55,191 bases of DNA, from positions 1 through 55,191 of the forward strand of contig JADGFE010000001.1 in NCBI GenBank assembly GCA_016744085.1, read 5' to 3'. The translations under genes and the position numbers were made by a program. Below, one piece after another: positions 19,426 through 29,123 of this stretch. Origin of the DNA: Kiritimatiellales bacterium (GTDB lineage: Bacteria > Verrucomicrobiota > Kiritimatiellia > Kiritimatiellales > Pontiellaceae). The stretch's first letter is position 1, and each line of letters begins with the position of its first letter. The notes under the pieces were generated by a model. It saw only the letters and a list, made by a program, of their open reading frames with translations. It made no database searches and was not told where the DNA came from.

Positions 19426-19530
19426 TTCTCCATTTTATAAACACGCACGAGATATACGCCGTACCCGAAATAGGTACAAGAATATTTTACCTATTTTGGG
19501 TAAAACAAGAATCGTCCCTATCTTCGGGAC

Positions 19531-19776
19531 ATGGAAAAGACAATCTACAGCGATGAATATGCCCAGTTGCGGAAATGGTTACGGGATCAACGAAACGAGA
19601 AGGGAATCACTATGCGGGAATTGGGGGAACGCATGGATGTCATGCACTCTTTTGTCGGGAAGATTGAACACGGAGAACGACGATTGGATTTGATCGAATA
19701 TATCAAATATTGCGCCGCCCTCGAAATCGATCCCCACGAAGGTCTGAGCCTCATTATCGCATCCTCTGAGAAATAG
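19531..19776 (+). CDS. XRE-family HTH transcriptional regulator
   Basis: LRDQRNEKGITMRELGERM..MHSFVGKIEHGERRLD. Confidence 0.9.
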   Translation: MEKTIYSDEYAQLRKWLRDQRNEKGITMRELGERMDVMHSFVGKIEHGERRLDLIEYIKYCAALEIDPHEGLSLIIASSEK

Positions 19777-19803
19777 AGCGGCTCCCGACAGACAACCACT
19801 CCG

Positions 19804-20868
19804 ATGCTTTTCTATAGATCTAGCAACCCAGAAGGACAGGTAGAAGCGGTCTATAATGGGCAGACTGCATTTCTTTACTTTCCAAAAACGAAGGAATTTA
19901 ATGACCTCGTCGAGTTCCAAAACAACCATTATGTCGATGAGCTATGGGCTTTGGGACAAAAGCCTTGCTCAAATAGGGCCATTCGAATTTCCGCACATGA
20001 ATATAGCCACAAGCTGGTATATGCCCTCTCAAGGTACGGATTAATCTTAAGCGGATTCAACCAAACAGCACGCTTCATCTTTCTGCGCGCAAAATCTAAA
20101 AAACTCATTGAAGCGTACTATAGTATGCGAACAATATACTTTATGGAAAGCTACGCATACCAAGAGTCTTTCGCGCACACGATCCAATCAGAGCTTTCAC
20201 TCAAAAAACAATCCCCTGAAGAGGTTTTTGAAAATGCATACCAGAAAACATACAAGAGAATTATTTCTGAGTGTGAAAAATGCATTAAGTCCAAATGGGT
20301 TGTACATGATATTTTACCTGCTCTGGTCGCGAGACCATTGCTTATTCTACTAGGCTATAGGGCACATAGATATTTTGATAATGAATTTACCTATCTAGAT
20401 GAGCAGGGTAATCTGAAACATGAGCTCTTCACGAGCAGATGCACTAAACTGGATAACGAGGAGATCCGCTGGCAATCTCTGCGTGGAGAACTAAATAAAT
20501 GGATGGATCATGTAATAGACACAATAGCCTCAATTAAGTCGATATTTTCATCTCATCGCGACTATTTCGATCTAAACTTCGAATGGTATTGGATAGGACA
20601 GCGCTGCCAATTCCAGACGCTCCAGAAATTATATGGAATGGAACGACAACAATTTCTAGATGATATTTTCTTCCCAAATGCTCAATTTATCATGCAATGG
20701 GCGGGGATTCCCATTCAAGAACAGGCATCTCTTCTGGAATTTTCAGAGGACACATTGCTCATGGACAAAGCATCCTTCATGAATAAATGGAATTCAGCAC
20801 TGTCCCATTGGAAAAATATTTCGGAGTTTAATCGGTATTTCGCATTCTTTATAAAATCTGGAAACTAA
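19804..20868 (+). CDS. Hypothetical protein
   Basis: 354-aa AT-rich ORF directly after XRE. Confidence 0.7.
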   Translation: MLFYRSSNPEGQVEAVYNGQTAFLYFPKTKEFNDLVEFQNNHYVDELWALGQKPCSNRAIRISAHEYSHKLVYALSRYGLILSGFNQTARFIFLRAKSKKLIEAYYSMRTIYFMESYAYQESFAHTIQSELSLKKQSPEEVFENAYQKTYKRIISECEKCIKSKWVVHDILPALVARPLLILLGYRAHRYFDNEFTYLDEQGNLKHELFTSRCTKLDNEEIRWQSLRGELNKWMDHVIDTIASIKSIFSSHRDYFDLNFEWYWIGQRCQFQTLQKLYGMERQQFLDDIFFPNAQFIMQWAGIPIQEQASLLEFSEDTLLMDKASFMNKWNSALSHWKNISEFNRYFAFFIKSGN

Positions 20869-20871
20869 ATC

Positions 20872-21828
20872 ATGCTCAACTACACCTATCTGGCGAAAAA
20901 ACGCGAACTCGAGACGCTCAATGAGGACAATATTGCAGAGTATCGCTATATTGCCCTGTTCCAAACGGGAACCTATGCCGATCATCTCATTGGTGTGGAA
21001 GAATCTATTCTCCGGGCAGAACTGACACGGTTTATGAAAAAGGAATGCCTTATCGTACTGGCATCAGAACTCGCAGACATTCCTGATGACACCTATTTAA
21101 AAACAATTATAGGTATATTCGACGAAGCCCGCCAGAATCTCTCAGGTGAGGCCGGGATCTGTATTGGAACCATCTTTTCGGAAGTAGATGAAATTCTTTA
21201 TTCAAATCCCATCTGTGAAAAGATTGCATGGGAAAATGAGAAATCGGGAAAATATCCATTTGCACAGGCAGCAAACCGAATCCTGTTAAAGCTGCGGGTT
21301 CGGCTGACGGATACCACACTCGATCAGTTTCCAACGCCTCCACTTCCTCCGGGAGTCCAACCGCTGGTTTTCCCAAACAAGTCTCAGATACTCCAACGCC
21401 AGACGGATAAGAATCTTACGTTGCGGGGCATGGAATCCGTTCAGATTCCCGGGACAGAAAAGACCTCAACGGCTGATAGAAAATCAATCATGAAGGCAAG
21501 GAAGGGTACGCTGGTACATCCTGATACGATTCAGCATATCGCCTATTGCTTGGAGGCTTCGGCACCCGACCTTGTGCTTTCCCAGATCGTTATAAACCAG
21601 GGCATGGTTCCTGTCATGCGTCAGGCTATTGTAAAAAACGGTGATAAGGAGACGGCCAAGTGGTTCGGCCCGTTCTCTAACTTCCTGTTTGAACAGATCA
21701 AGCTCTCCGACCATATCCCGGAGAGCCTAGCCAAATTTCTCTACTACTGCTTCAAAAAATGCCTGATGGACAACCCGGTTAAAGACATTCAGCCGGAAAA
21801 TCTAATCAATTACGAAGAGTCAAACTGA
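20872..21828 (+). CDS. Hypothetical protein (N-terminal domain paralogous to next gene)
   Basis: 318 aa; starts 3 nt after the previous stop. Confidence 0.75.
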   Translation: MLNYTYLAKKRELETLNEDNIAEYRYIALFQTGTYADHLIGVEESILRAELTRFMKKECLIVLASELADIPDDTYLKTIIGIFDEARQNLSGEAGICIGTIFSEVDEILYSNPICEKIAWENEKSGKYPFAQAANRILLKLRVRLTDTTLDQFPTPPLPPGVQPLVFPNKSQILQRQTDKNLTLRGMESVQIPGTEKTSTADRKSIMKARKGTLVHPDTIQHIAYCLEASAPDLVLSQIVINQGMVPVMRQAIVKNGDKETAKWFGPFSNFLFEQIKLSDHIPESLAKFLYYCFKKCLMDNPVKDIQPENLINYEESN

Positions 21829-21939
21829 CTTCCCCGAAACCGCTAGCCACTGGTGAAGAACCGACACCTTTATAAACCAGCTAGTTTTACCATTGGTTGG
21901 TGACAAGTCAAAGACTTGGAAAACACCGCTAACCAAACC

Positions 21940-22380
21940 ATGCTATGCAATACTGAGGAACGGCTGAACGCCCTGAACCAAGAAGACCTTTCCGCCTATC
22001 CGTTTTTGGCAATATATGACCTTGGCAACTACGCAGAGCGTATGGAGCCATGCGAAATTGCCATGAGCAAAGCAAATTTCGCCCGTTTCATGCGCAGAAA
22101 AAGCATCGATGACTGCCTCGTTCTTCCGAAGGATTTTCTGATAGAATACCGAGAACATCCCCTATTACAAAATGTGGCCGGACACTTCAAGCCGCAAGCG
22201 GATATTGAAGCCTATATTGCAGTGGCCGACATTCAAGACGGTGCAGGCAACGGAGCCAACAATTACCACTGTGAACCATTCGATATGGCTAACGGGACAG
22301 GAAGGTTCCCCTATGCCTCAGTAATCAGCAACACGCTGGCCAAACTAGAGCAAAAGCTCTGGTTTTCAGCACTTAACTGA
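21940..22380 (+). CDS. Hypothetical protein, paralog of N-terminal half of 20872-21828
   Basis: Shared motifs LN.(E/D)...Y...A....G.YA, RFM(K/R)(K/R), G(K/R)(Y/F)P(F/Y)A......L.KL. Confidence 0.75.
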   Translation: MLCNTEERLNALNQEDLSAYPFLAIYDLGNYAERMEPCEIAMSKANFARFMRRKSIDDCLVLPKDFLIEYREHPLLQNVAGHFKPQADIEAYIAVADIQDGAGNGANNYHCEPFDMANGTGRFPYASVISNTLAKLEQKLWFSALN

Positions 22381-22543
22381 GATCCTGGACACCATGCCCA
22401 GACCCAGAATTTCGGGTCAACCGGCGCTTTGTTCCATAGTTAACTGTGGACTAACGCTCCTACATATTTTTCGCAAAAAATCCTGTCTATTTCTTTTCGT
22501 CGGAACGGGAATTCCCCCGTCCGAAAAACGAAAGGAAAGAGCG

Positions 22544-22957
22544 ATGGATATCATCAGCAATACATGGAACACCTGTGCGGCAGTTATCGACGCCATGCCT
22601 TTGTCGATTTCAAGCTTTCTGCTACGAAGCAATATTATGCTTCTTCTCGCGGCACTCTTTGCCGAGGTTGGATTCAATAAAGGCTACCGTTCAAAAAAAG
22701 CCCAGCTGTTTTTGGTCGCGCTCGGTTTGGTCGTCGGAATAAGCCTTCCGCTTGAACCCATTCTCTACACCCGCGTTTTCAGGACGATTAAACCTTGGTT
22801 CATTTTGGCGTTGGCGGCGGGTGCCTTCTATGTCCTCCCCGGCAAAGTGGCCTTCCTTTTGGAGCCGAGGCTTGGTTCTCAGCTGAAGCTAAGGCAAAGA
22901 ATCACAATTACTTTGTTTTTTCTATTTATACTTAACCTATTTGGGGGCCAGTCATGA
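22544..22957 (+). CDS. Hypothetical multi-TM membrane protein
   Basis: AAAGGA RBS before ATG at 22544; about 4 hydrophobic segments; ATGA overlap with next gene. Confidence 0.7.
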   Translation: MDIISNTWNTCAAVIDAMPLSISSFLLRSNIMLLLAALFAEVGFNKGYRSKKAQLFLVALGLVVGISLPLEPILYTRVFRTIKPWFILALAAGAFYVLPGKVAFLLEPRLGSQLKLRQRITITLFFLFILNLFGGQS

Positions 22958-23469
22958 GCCTCTTCAAGCACTGCATGAATTTTTTGTTTGCTGATCCGGT
23001 CATAAGCAAGCCCGAACAGATCCATCCAATTGCCGTGCCGGAAAATAAAACAGGAACTGGTGCATCTTCAACACCGGACACCAAGCCTGAATCCGGCCAC
23101 ACGGAGCGGAAACAGGTGATCATCCAACCGATTACACCCGGGGAACCCATGCTTGAAAGTGATGAGCAATGGTGTCGCCATAACGATGTACAGGAAGGCA
23201 TTTCCACCCAGAATAAATATGTCACGGCTAGCGGCGAAGTGGTTGATGCATCTGAGATCAAGGCCGAGTGTTTTTGCTGCCAGCGTTACGAATCGGATTT
23301 GGTTCGTTCCATCGCCTCCTCCCGCGCTTTGTGCAGGGTGTGCCGCAAGGAGATCACTCTGTCGGACGGACAAACGGGGTTTGTCAGTGCTGACGAATAT
23401 CAAAAGATCGCCGATGAATTCGATGCGTGGGAAGCCTACGACAACAACGTAAAGGTGCCTCGTCGATGA
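22954..23469 (+). CDS. Hypothetical protein with CxxC motifs
   Basis: CFCC and CRVC; ATGA overlaps at both ends. Confidence 0.65.
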   Translation: MSLFKHCMNFLFADPVISKPEQIHPIAVPENKTGTGASSTPDTKPESGHTERKQVIIQPITPGEPMLESDEQWCRHNDVQEGISTQNKYVTASGEVVDASEIKAECFCCQRYESDLVRSIASSRALCRVCRKEITLSDGQTGFVSADEYQKIADEFDAWEAYDNNVKVPRR

Positions 23470-25199
23470 CTCCACGCAAAACACCAACCAATCATCGCGA
23501 AAGGCTTGTTGCTCTGAAGGAGCAACTCTATCGGCTTGGACTTCAAGGCGACCCGCTTCTTCAATTCTATTTGGAGCAATGCCTTTCGCCCATCGAAAGA
23601 ACAGCCTCGAAATTCTATAGCCTTCTTTCCAAGCGACTTTCAGAGGAGGAGTTCAGAAAAAGCATCTTTGGCAACGAATCTGTACCCAACTTATCCCCAG
23701 ATACCTCAATTGAGATTGGGAAGACCGTCGGCAAAGGATTGCCGTTCCGGGTTTCAATTGCTAAGGTGATGCATTGGTTGATTTCGGGAGCTTCTGGCTC
23801 GGGTAAAACCAACCTTATTTGCGTTCTTGAACGGGCGGTCCGAAATTTCATTGCCTGCACGTTGATCGATCATAAAGATGAGGGACTTCGGTTCATCAAC
23901 GAAGTACCAAACTCCGCATACTATCCGCTTGATAAACAGCGGTGGAACCCTCTGAAAGGTGTCGGAAACCAAACCGACTATATTCGTTATTTTTCTTCAC
24001 TGCTTACGAGGATGATGGCTCTTCTTCCCGTCACGGCCAACGCGGTCAGGGCACAGTTATTAAATCTTTGTTCCGACCAAAACAATCTTCCCGCCATCTC
24101 CGACCTCGCAGGTGTTTTTCAAAAACTGGCTCAGCAGGAAATGCGTTCCAGCCTCCATACGGCTTCCCGATGTTTTGGGGATCTGGCGGTTTCTATGGGG
24201 CGCTGGGCAGATGTCCGTACGGGCCAATGGCCTTTTGGCGAGCACATGCTGAATGTCATCCCATTGAAGGACATGCCTGCTGCGTTTGAACATTTCTATA
24301 TTTCGCTTTTGCTCAAGCACATGACCGATCAAGCCTCGGTACAGGGGCACTCGACCGCCCTTCGACACATTTTATTCTTCGATGAAGCTCTCACCTATAT
24401 GGGCAAGGAAATGGAGCCTGCCGCCGGTAGCGGACGAACCAACCAAGTCGCCGAGATGATGCGAACCTCCCGCTCGTACGGTATCTCCATTATTGCAGCC
24501 GTCCAGTCCCTTTCAAAAATCCAGGATTCCGTCATTGATAACGCAGGCATCTTCATTGCTTTTCGCGCAAACAGTGTTCAAGAGGCGAAAATTTGCTGCA
24601 AGCGTATGGGGTTCGATGAATCTCGCTATCCGGAGATCTTGAATCTTGAAACGGGAACGGCGTGGATCACATCACAATGCCATCAACCTATAAAGATTAA
24701 AGTGCCGTTTGTAGACCTCGGCGACTATCCAAGTGACGCGGATATTGCCAGACGGATGGAACCGAGCTGGGTAAAATGGGATACCGAAGCAGTCTTCGCT
24801 CCTGAAAAATCCGATCAAAATACCGCCATCGATTTCCGGGAACTTCTCGGAGAAATCGAGCCGAAGATATCAGATAGCCAAACCAATATCGTAGTGCCTG
24901 AAAATGAAAACCAAGCCGATACGTCTTCTCCCGAAATTCCTGAGATACCTCAACCGCAATACACACCACCTATCCTTAAGGAATATTTCGCGCTGCTTCA
25001 GTCCTCTTCCGAAAATCCCGATTATTCCGCCACCGCCCACTACAAATCCCTCGGATTATCCGCCCGGCGCGGCAACCGAATCAAAGCAAAAATCATCGAA
25101 CTAGGCTGGGTCGAAGCCGTGCGCGCGAGTACCGGAAAATCTGGACGCCCCGCCGAATTGCTGAAACCCACAAAACGCGGAAGGAAAATGTTAAAATGA
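23466..25199 (+). CDS. HerA/VirB4/FtsK-like ATPase with C-terminal winged helix
   Basis: GASGSGKT, IDHK, FFDEA, RSYG..IIAAVQS; C-terminal LGLSARRGNRIK..IIELGWV...GRP...KPTKRG. Confidence 0.85.
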   Translation: MTPRKTPTNHRERLVALKEQLYRLGLQGDPLLQFYLEQCLSPIERTASKFYSLLSKRLSEEEFRKSIFGNESVPNLSPDTSIEIGKTVGKGLPFRVSIAKVMHWLISGASGSGKTNLICVLERAVRNFIACTLIDHKDEGLRFINEVPNSAYYPLDKQRWNPLKGVGNQTDYIRYFSSLLTRMMALLPVTANAVRAQLLNLCSDQNNLPAISDLAGVFQKLAQQEMRSSLHTASRCFGDLAVSMGRWADVRTGQWPFGEHMLNVIPLKDMPAAFEHFYISLLLKHMTDQASVQGHSTALRHILFFDEALTYMGKEMEPAAGSGRTNQVAEMMRTSRSYGISIIAAVQSLSKIQDSVIDNAGIFIAFRANSVQEAKICCKRMGFDESRYPEILNLETGTAWITSQCHQPIKIKVPFVDLGDYPSDADIARRMEPSWVKWDTEAVFAPEKSDQNTAIDFRELLGEIEPKISDSQTNIVVPENENQADTSSPEIPEIPQPQYTPPILKEYFALLQSSSENPDYSATAHYKSLGLSARRGNRIKAKIIELGWVEAVRASTGKSGRPAELLKPTKRGRKMLK

Positions 25200-25648
25200 G
25201 TGCACGATCAAGAAACGAAGGTGATGCCCATTTCTGGGCGAAAATGGGCCTAGTGTTTGCATACAGCAACGATGAGTGGTCAGCTTGGCCCGAATGCGGC
25301 AACGCCGACGTGGTTGTCCTGCACTTGAAATCTAAACTGCTGGCAGCCATTGAAGCGGAATCCACTCCGAAGCATGTGCTGAATAACATCAAGCGCAACT
25401 TAGATAATGGCTGCGAAGCCGTAGCCGTTGTCACACTTGATTGGCGATTTCACAACCAGATCATCAACAAGGTGGAACGGCGTTTCCCGGACAGCCGGAA
25501 CTCTATCCAAGTATTCCGCTACAACCAACGTGGGTATCTCGAACTCCGTGAATGGCTGAATGAGCGAGCTGCGGCCAAGGAACGCCAGCATACCTCCCAC
25601 CCAAACCATTTCTTAAATAACCATAAACCAAAGGAGAAAAACCAATGA
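25196..25648 (+). CDS. PD-(D/E)xK-like nuclease
   Basis: AHFW...ADVVV...AAIEAES...NNIKRNL; ATGA-coupled to the ATPase and the methylase. Confidence 0.65.
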   Translation: MSARSRNEGDAHFWAKMGLVFAYSNDEWSAWPECGNADVVVLHLKSKLLAAIEAESTPKHVLNNIKRNLDNGCEAVAVVTLDWRFHNQIINKVERRFPDSRNSIQVFRYNQRGYLELREWLNERAAAKERQHTSHPNHFLNNHKPKEKNQ

Positions 25649-26421
25649 GAAGCCCACTGTCATACCTTGGAGGAAAAAGCCGACTGGCTCCACAGATCGT
25701 GGAAGCGTTCCCGAAAGATCACACCTGCTATGTCGAACCGTTCTGCGGAGCATGCTGGGTCTTGTTCAATAAGGAGCCGAGCAAGGCGGAGATCATCAAC
25801 GACCGGGATCTCGAACTGGTCACCTTCTGGCGCGTTATCCAAAACCATCTTGAAGAGTTTCTACGCTACTATAAATACGCAATTACCAGCCGGTATGTAT
25901 TCGAGCTGGAGAAGAAAAAAGATCCCGCAACCCTGACGGATATCCAGCGAGCTGTCCGTTATTTCTATCTCCAGAAACTTTCGTTTGGCGGCCGCACCTC
26001 CAACCGGGCATTTGGAACGTCCGCAACGGGGCCATCTCGCCTGAACCTGTTGAATATGGAGGATCACCTGCTTGAGGTGCACTGGCGTTTCCAGCGGCTC
26101 ACCATTGAGCATCTTGATGCCCTCGAATGTGTCCGCCGCTATGACCGCAAAGATACCCTGTTCTATCTGGATCCGCCGTACTATGCGACCGCCGGGTATT
26201 CCGTGCCGTTCAAGCATCAGGATTTTCTGGATTTATCCGACACCCTGAAAGGGATCAAGGGGCGTTTTGTACTCAGCCTCAACGAACACGAAGCCGTTCG
26301 GGAGATCTTTGATGAATTCAATTTCAAATCCCTCTCCCTCAAATATTCGTGCGGCAATTCGCGCACATCCACCACAACCCGTTCCACCGAGCGGAATGAA
26401 GTATTGATCAGAAACTTCTAG
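25645..26421 (+). CDS. DNA adenine methyltransferase (Dam/D12 class), copy 2
   Basis: YLGGKS, YVEPFCG, NDRD, FYLDPPY; AAGGAG RBS. Confidence 0.92.
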   Translation: MRSPLSYLGGKSRLAPQIVEAFPKDHTCYVEPFCGACWVLFNKEPSKAEIINDRDLELVTFWRVIQNHLEEFLRYYKYAITSRYVFELEKKKDPATLTDIQRAVRYFYLQKLSFGGRTSNRAFGTSATGPSRLNLLNMEDHLLEVHWRFQRLTIEHLDALECVRRYDRKDTLFYLDPPYYATAGYSVPFKHQDFLDLSDTLKGIKGRFVLSLNEHEAVREIFDEFNFKSLSLKYSCGNSRTSTTTRSTERNEVLIRNF

Positions 26422-26465
26422 GCGTTTGGGCAAAAGCCGGGCTGACCGGAAAAATGGAGAAAACG

Positions 26466-26597
26466 ATGAAACAACCTGAACAAAAAACGGTACCGGCTCC
26501 CAGCCCGGCTCTTCTGCCCATCGCCCAAATTCTAACTAATGTCCTACTCCGGCGTTTTTCTGAAGATAGAGCGGAGACCGGGGACGAAAGGACTTGA
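26466..26597 (+). CDS. Small hypothetical protein (43 aa) preceding DUF2924
   Basis: Read manually: MKQPEQ...IAQILTNVLLRR; GGAG RBS. Confidence 0.4.
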   Translation: MKQPEQKTVPAPSPALLPIAQILTNVLLRRFSEDRAETGDERT

Positions 26598-26650
26598 GGT
26601 TTGGCGGTACGTTATGGCCCAACAGCAGCACCATAAAAACGGAGAATATC

Positions 26651-27133
26651 ATGGAAATAAATAAACTAGAAAAGGTGCTGAACAAACTCTCTATGCAAAA
26701 ATTGCGGGAGCGTTTTGCGCAGTGCTACGGCCATACCCCGACGACACGAAATCGTGCCCATCTAATCAAAAAGATTTTGTGGGCAACCCAAAGAGATGCC
26801 TTTGGAGACATCAGCGAGGCCGCGCGTCGGAAGGCTCTTGCCATCGCCGCCGACCGCGATGTGAAAGCGCGTTTCCCAGCAGTGCAACGCCCCGACTCCG
26901 AGATCAAGCCTGACACAACGAAAGTGGTTGCCTACCAACCGGTGCCAAACCTATTGCCTGGATCGATTCTCCATCGGAAATACAGGGGTGAAAATATCCG
27001 AGTTCTGGTGCTAGAAAACGGTTTTGAATGGAACGGTGAGTTTTACAAATCCCTCTCCGCTACAGCACGAGCCATCACAGGTACCCGCTGGAATGGCAAA
27101 TTGTTCTTTGGTCTCAAGAAAGGAGAAAAATAA
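26651..27133 (+). CDS. DUF2924 family protein
   Basis: LLPGSILHRKYRG..IRVLV...GFEWNG..YKSLSA.ARAITGTRWNG..FFGL. Confidence 0.9.
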   Translation: MEINKLEKVLNKLSMQKLRERFAQCYGHTPTTRNRAHLIKKILWATQRDAFGDISEAARRKALAIAADRDVKARFPAVQRPDSEIKPDTTKVVAYQPVPNLLPGSILHRKYRGENIRVLVLENGFEWNGEFYKSLSATARAITGTRWNGKLFFGLKKGEK

Positions 27134-28659
27134 TGGTTGTTCCCAATACTCAGGCCGTGCAGATCCCCGCCGCAATTTACGCCCGAAAATCCACTGACGC
27201 AAAATTGGAGCAACAGGTGAACTCCATATCCGTCCAATGCGCTGCCGCACGAAGTTTTATCGAATCCCAGAAGCATCAAGGTTGGTATTGCATCGACGAA
27301 GAATTATCCGACAACAACCAAAGCGGAGCGACCCTAAAACGTCCCGCCCTGCGCCGCCTGATGCAACTCATCAAAAAGGGAAAGGTCAAGGTTGTTGTTG
27401 TCAACCGACTCGACCGCATTTCCCGCAGCCTATCGCAGTTTCTCGAACTGATGACCTTTTTCGAGGAACACGGTGTCGCGTTGGTAAGCGTTACACAGAA
27501 CATTAATACCAGCACCCCAATGGGCAGATTGATGCTGTCCATTATTATGTCTTTTTCAGAGTTTGAAAGAGAGCTTATCTGCGAGAGGGTCACCGAGCGG
27601 ATGTATGCCGCCCGAAAGAATGGCCAGTTCCTCGGAGGGCGGCCAGTCCTTGGCTATAACATCAAGCCCGAAGGCCGTGCCTTGGAGATCGATGAAATTG
27701 AAGCGATTCGGGTTCGGGAAATCTTCGAACTCTATCTGGAACTCCGCTCCATAAAAGCCGTTGTGCTTGAGCTCAAAAAACGGGGTTGGAAAAATAAGCA
27801 ATGGGTCACCCGCGAAGGCAAGGTAATAGGCGGGACAGATTTTACAGCCAGCACCCTCCACAACCTGCTGAAAAACCAAATTTATACCGGAAAGGTCACG
27901 CTCAAGGGCGAGATCTACGAAGGGCAACATAATGGCATCGTTGATCCCGATATTTTTGCACGGGTCCAATCCATGTTGGCGAACAACGATGTCCAGAAAG
28001 GTAATCGGAACCGCAATAGCCACGATGCATTGCTCAAAGGATTATTGAAGTGCAAATCCTGCGGGACGGCCTTTGTACACGCCGGGACTAAAAAGAAGTC
28101 AAAATACTATCGATATTATACCTGCTCAAACAAACGGCTCAACGGAGCGCATGCCTGTCCTTCTCCATCGATCCCCGCTGGTGAAATCGAAAATCTCGTG
28201 ACTGAACAGCTGATGTCCATCGGCACCAATCCTGAATTGCAGGAGATGGTGCACCGTCAGTTGGCTGAGGCCATGGATGCCAAACAGGCCACTTCCGCCC
28301 GGGCAAAAAAAACCGCAACACAGCAATTAAACCGCATTACCAAGGAGTTGGCTTCATCACGGGAGTTTGGTGCATCTGAATCGTTAATCCTCCACCTCGA
28401 ACAAAAGCGCCAAGAGGCCGAGAACGCCCTCGAAAATGCCGAAAAGGATGCCACATGGCACCAACCCTCGAAAGAGGACGTCATCGCGGTGGTTCGCGAC
28501 ATGGCAGGGTTGTGGCCAATGTTCAACACGGGTGAAAAATGCGCCTTTGTAAAAACCCTGATCCGACAGGTCGAATACGACGCGGTCGAGGGCAGCATCA
28601 CGCTCCATTTCAACGACGAAGGATTCATTCCTTCCGCTCATGAAGGAGGTGAAGCATGA
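27133..28659 (+). CDS. Large serine recombinase (resolvase + recombinase + zinc ribbon)
   Basis: AIYARKST, SG....RPAL, RLDRISRS, FERELI.ERV, GLLKCKSCG, YYTC. Confidence 0.95.
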   Translation: MVVPNTQAVQIPAAIYARKSTDAKLEQQVNSISVQCAAARSFIESQKHQGWYCIDEELSDNNQSGATLKRPALRRLMQLIKKGKVKVVVVNRLDRISRSLSQFLELMTFFEEHGVALVSVTQNINTSTPMGRLMLSIIMSFSEFERELICERVTERMYAARKNGQFLGGRPVLGYNIKPEGRALEIDEIEAIRVREIFELYLELRSIKAVVLELKKRGWKNKQWVTREGKVIGGTDFTASTLHNLLKNQIYTGKVTLKGEIYEGQHNGIVDPDIFARVQSMLANNDVQKGNRNRNSHDALLKGLLKCKSCGTAFVHAGTKKKSKYYRYYTCSNKRLNGAHACPSPSIPAGEIENLVTEQLMSIGTNPELQEMVHRQLAEAMDAKQATSARAKKTATQQLNRITKELASSREFGASESLILHLEQKRQEAENALENAEKDATWHQPSKEDVIAVVRDMAGLWPMFNTGEKCAFVKTLIRQVEYDAVEGSITLHFNDEGFIPSAHEGGEA

Positions 28660-29099
28660 GCGTCTCTATCAAAATGAAGGTTCACTTTGCACCGGGGAAC
28701 CATAACCACCGTGTCCTGCGCAAAGGCAAGCAACCCAAACACTCAAAATCCACCCGACTTCCGCGCGTCACCCGGCTGATGGCTTTAGCTTTGCGATATG
28801 AAAGGTTGCTTGAGCAAGGTCTCGTAAAAAACCATCAGGAACTCGCCGATCTCGCCGGAGTGGAACGAAGCCAGATCTCGACCATTCTGCGGTTCCGGCT
28901 CCTCGCTCCCGATATTCAGGAGTGGCTTTTGAATCTTCCAGAAACCGAAAAGAGCAAAGACCCAATTGGGATGATTGAACTGCGCTCCATCTCCGCCACG
29001 CCCTCCTGGGAAAAACAATGCGAGCAACTTCGCCACCTGATTCCAAACCTTTATCCAACTTCCGCGCCGGAGGCATCGGCTTTGCCGAAGGCGCATTAA
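28656..29099 (+). CDS. Recombinase-associated HTH-like protein
   Basis: LPRVTRLMALA...ELADLAGVERSQIS..LR..LLAPDIQE; usual companion of DUF2924-recombinase modules. Confidence 0.75.
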   Translation: MSVSIKMKVHFAPGNHNHRVLRKGKQPKHSKSTRLPRVTRLMALALRYERLLEQGLVKNHQELADLAGVERSQISTILRFRLLAPDIQEWLLNLPETEKSKDPIGMIELRSISATPSWEKQCEQLRHLIPNLYPTSAPEASALPKAH

Positions 29100-29123
29100 C
29101 AAAAAACAACAAGGAGAAATACA

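Noticed and set aside
21885-21920. TGGTGACAAGTCA resembling the array core (also ACCATTCAGAA at 32244)
   Set aside because: Short partial matches without the flanking conserved blocks; compatible with chance.
22544-29099. Classical conjugative ICE or prophage
   Set aside because: No relaxase, full type IV secretion set, terminase or capsid genes were recognised.
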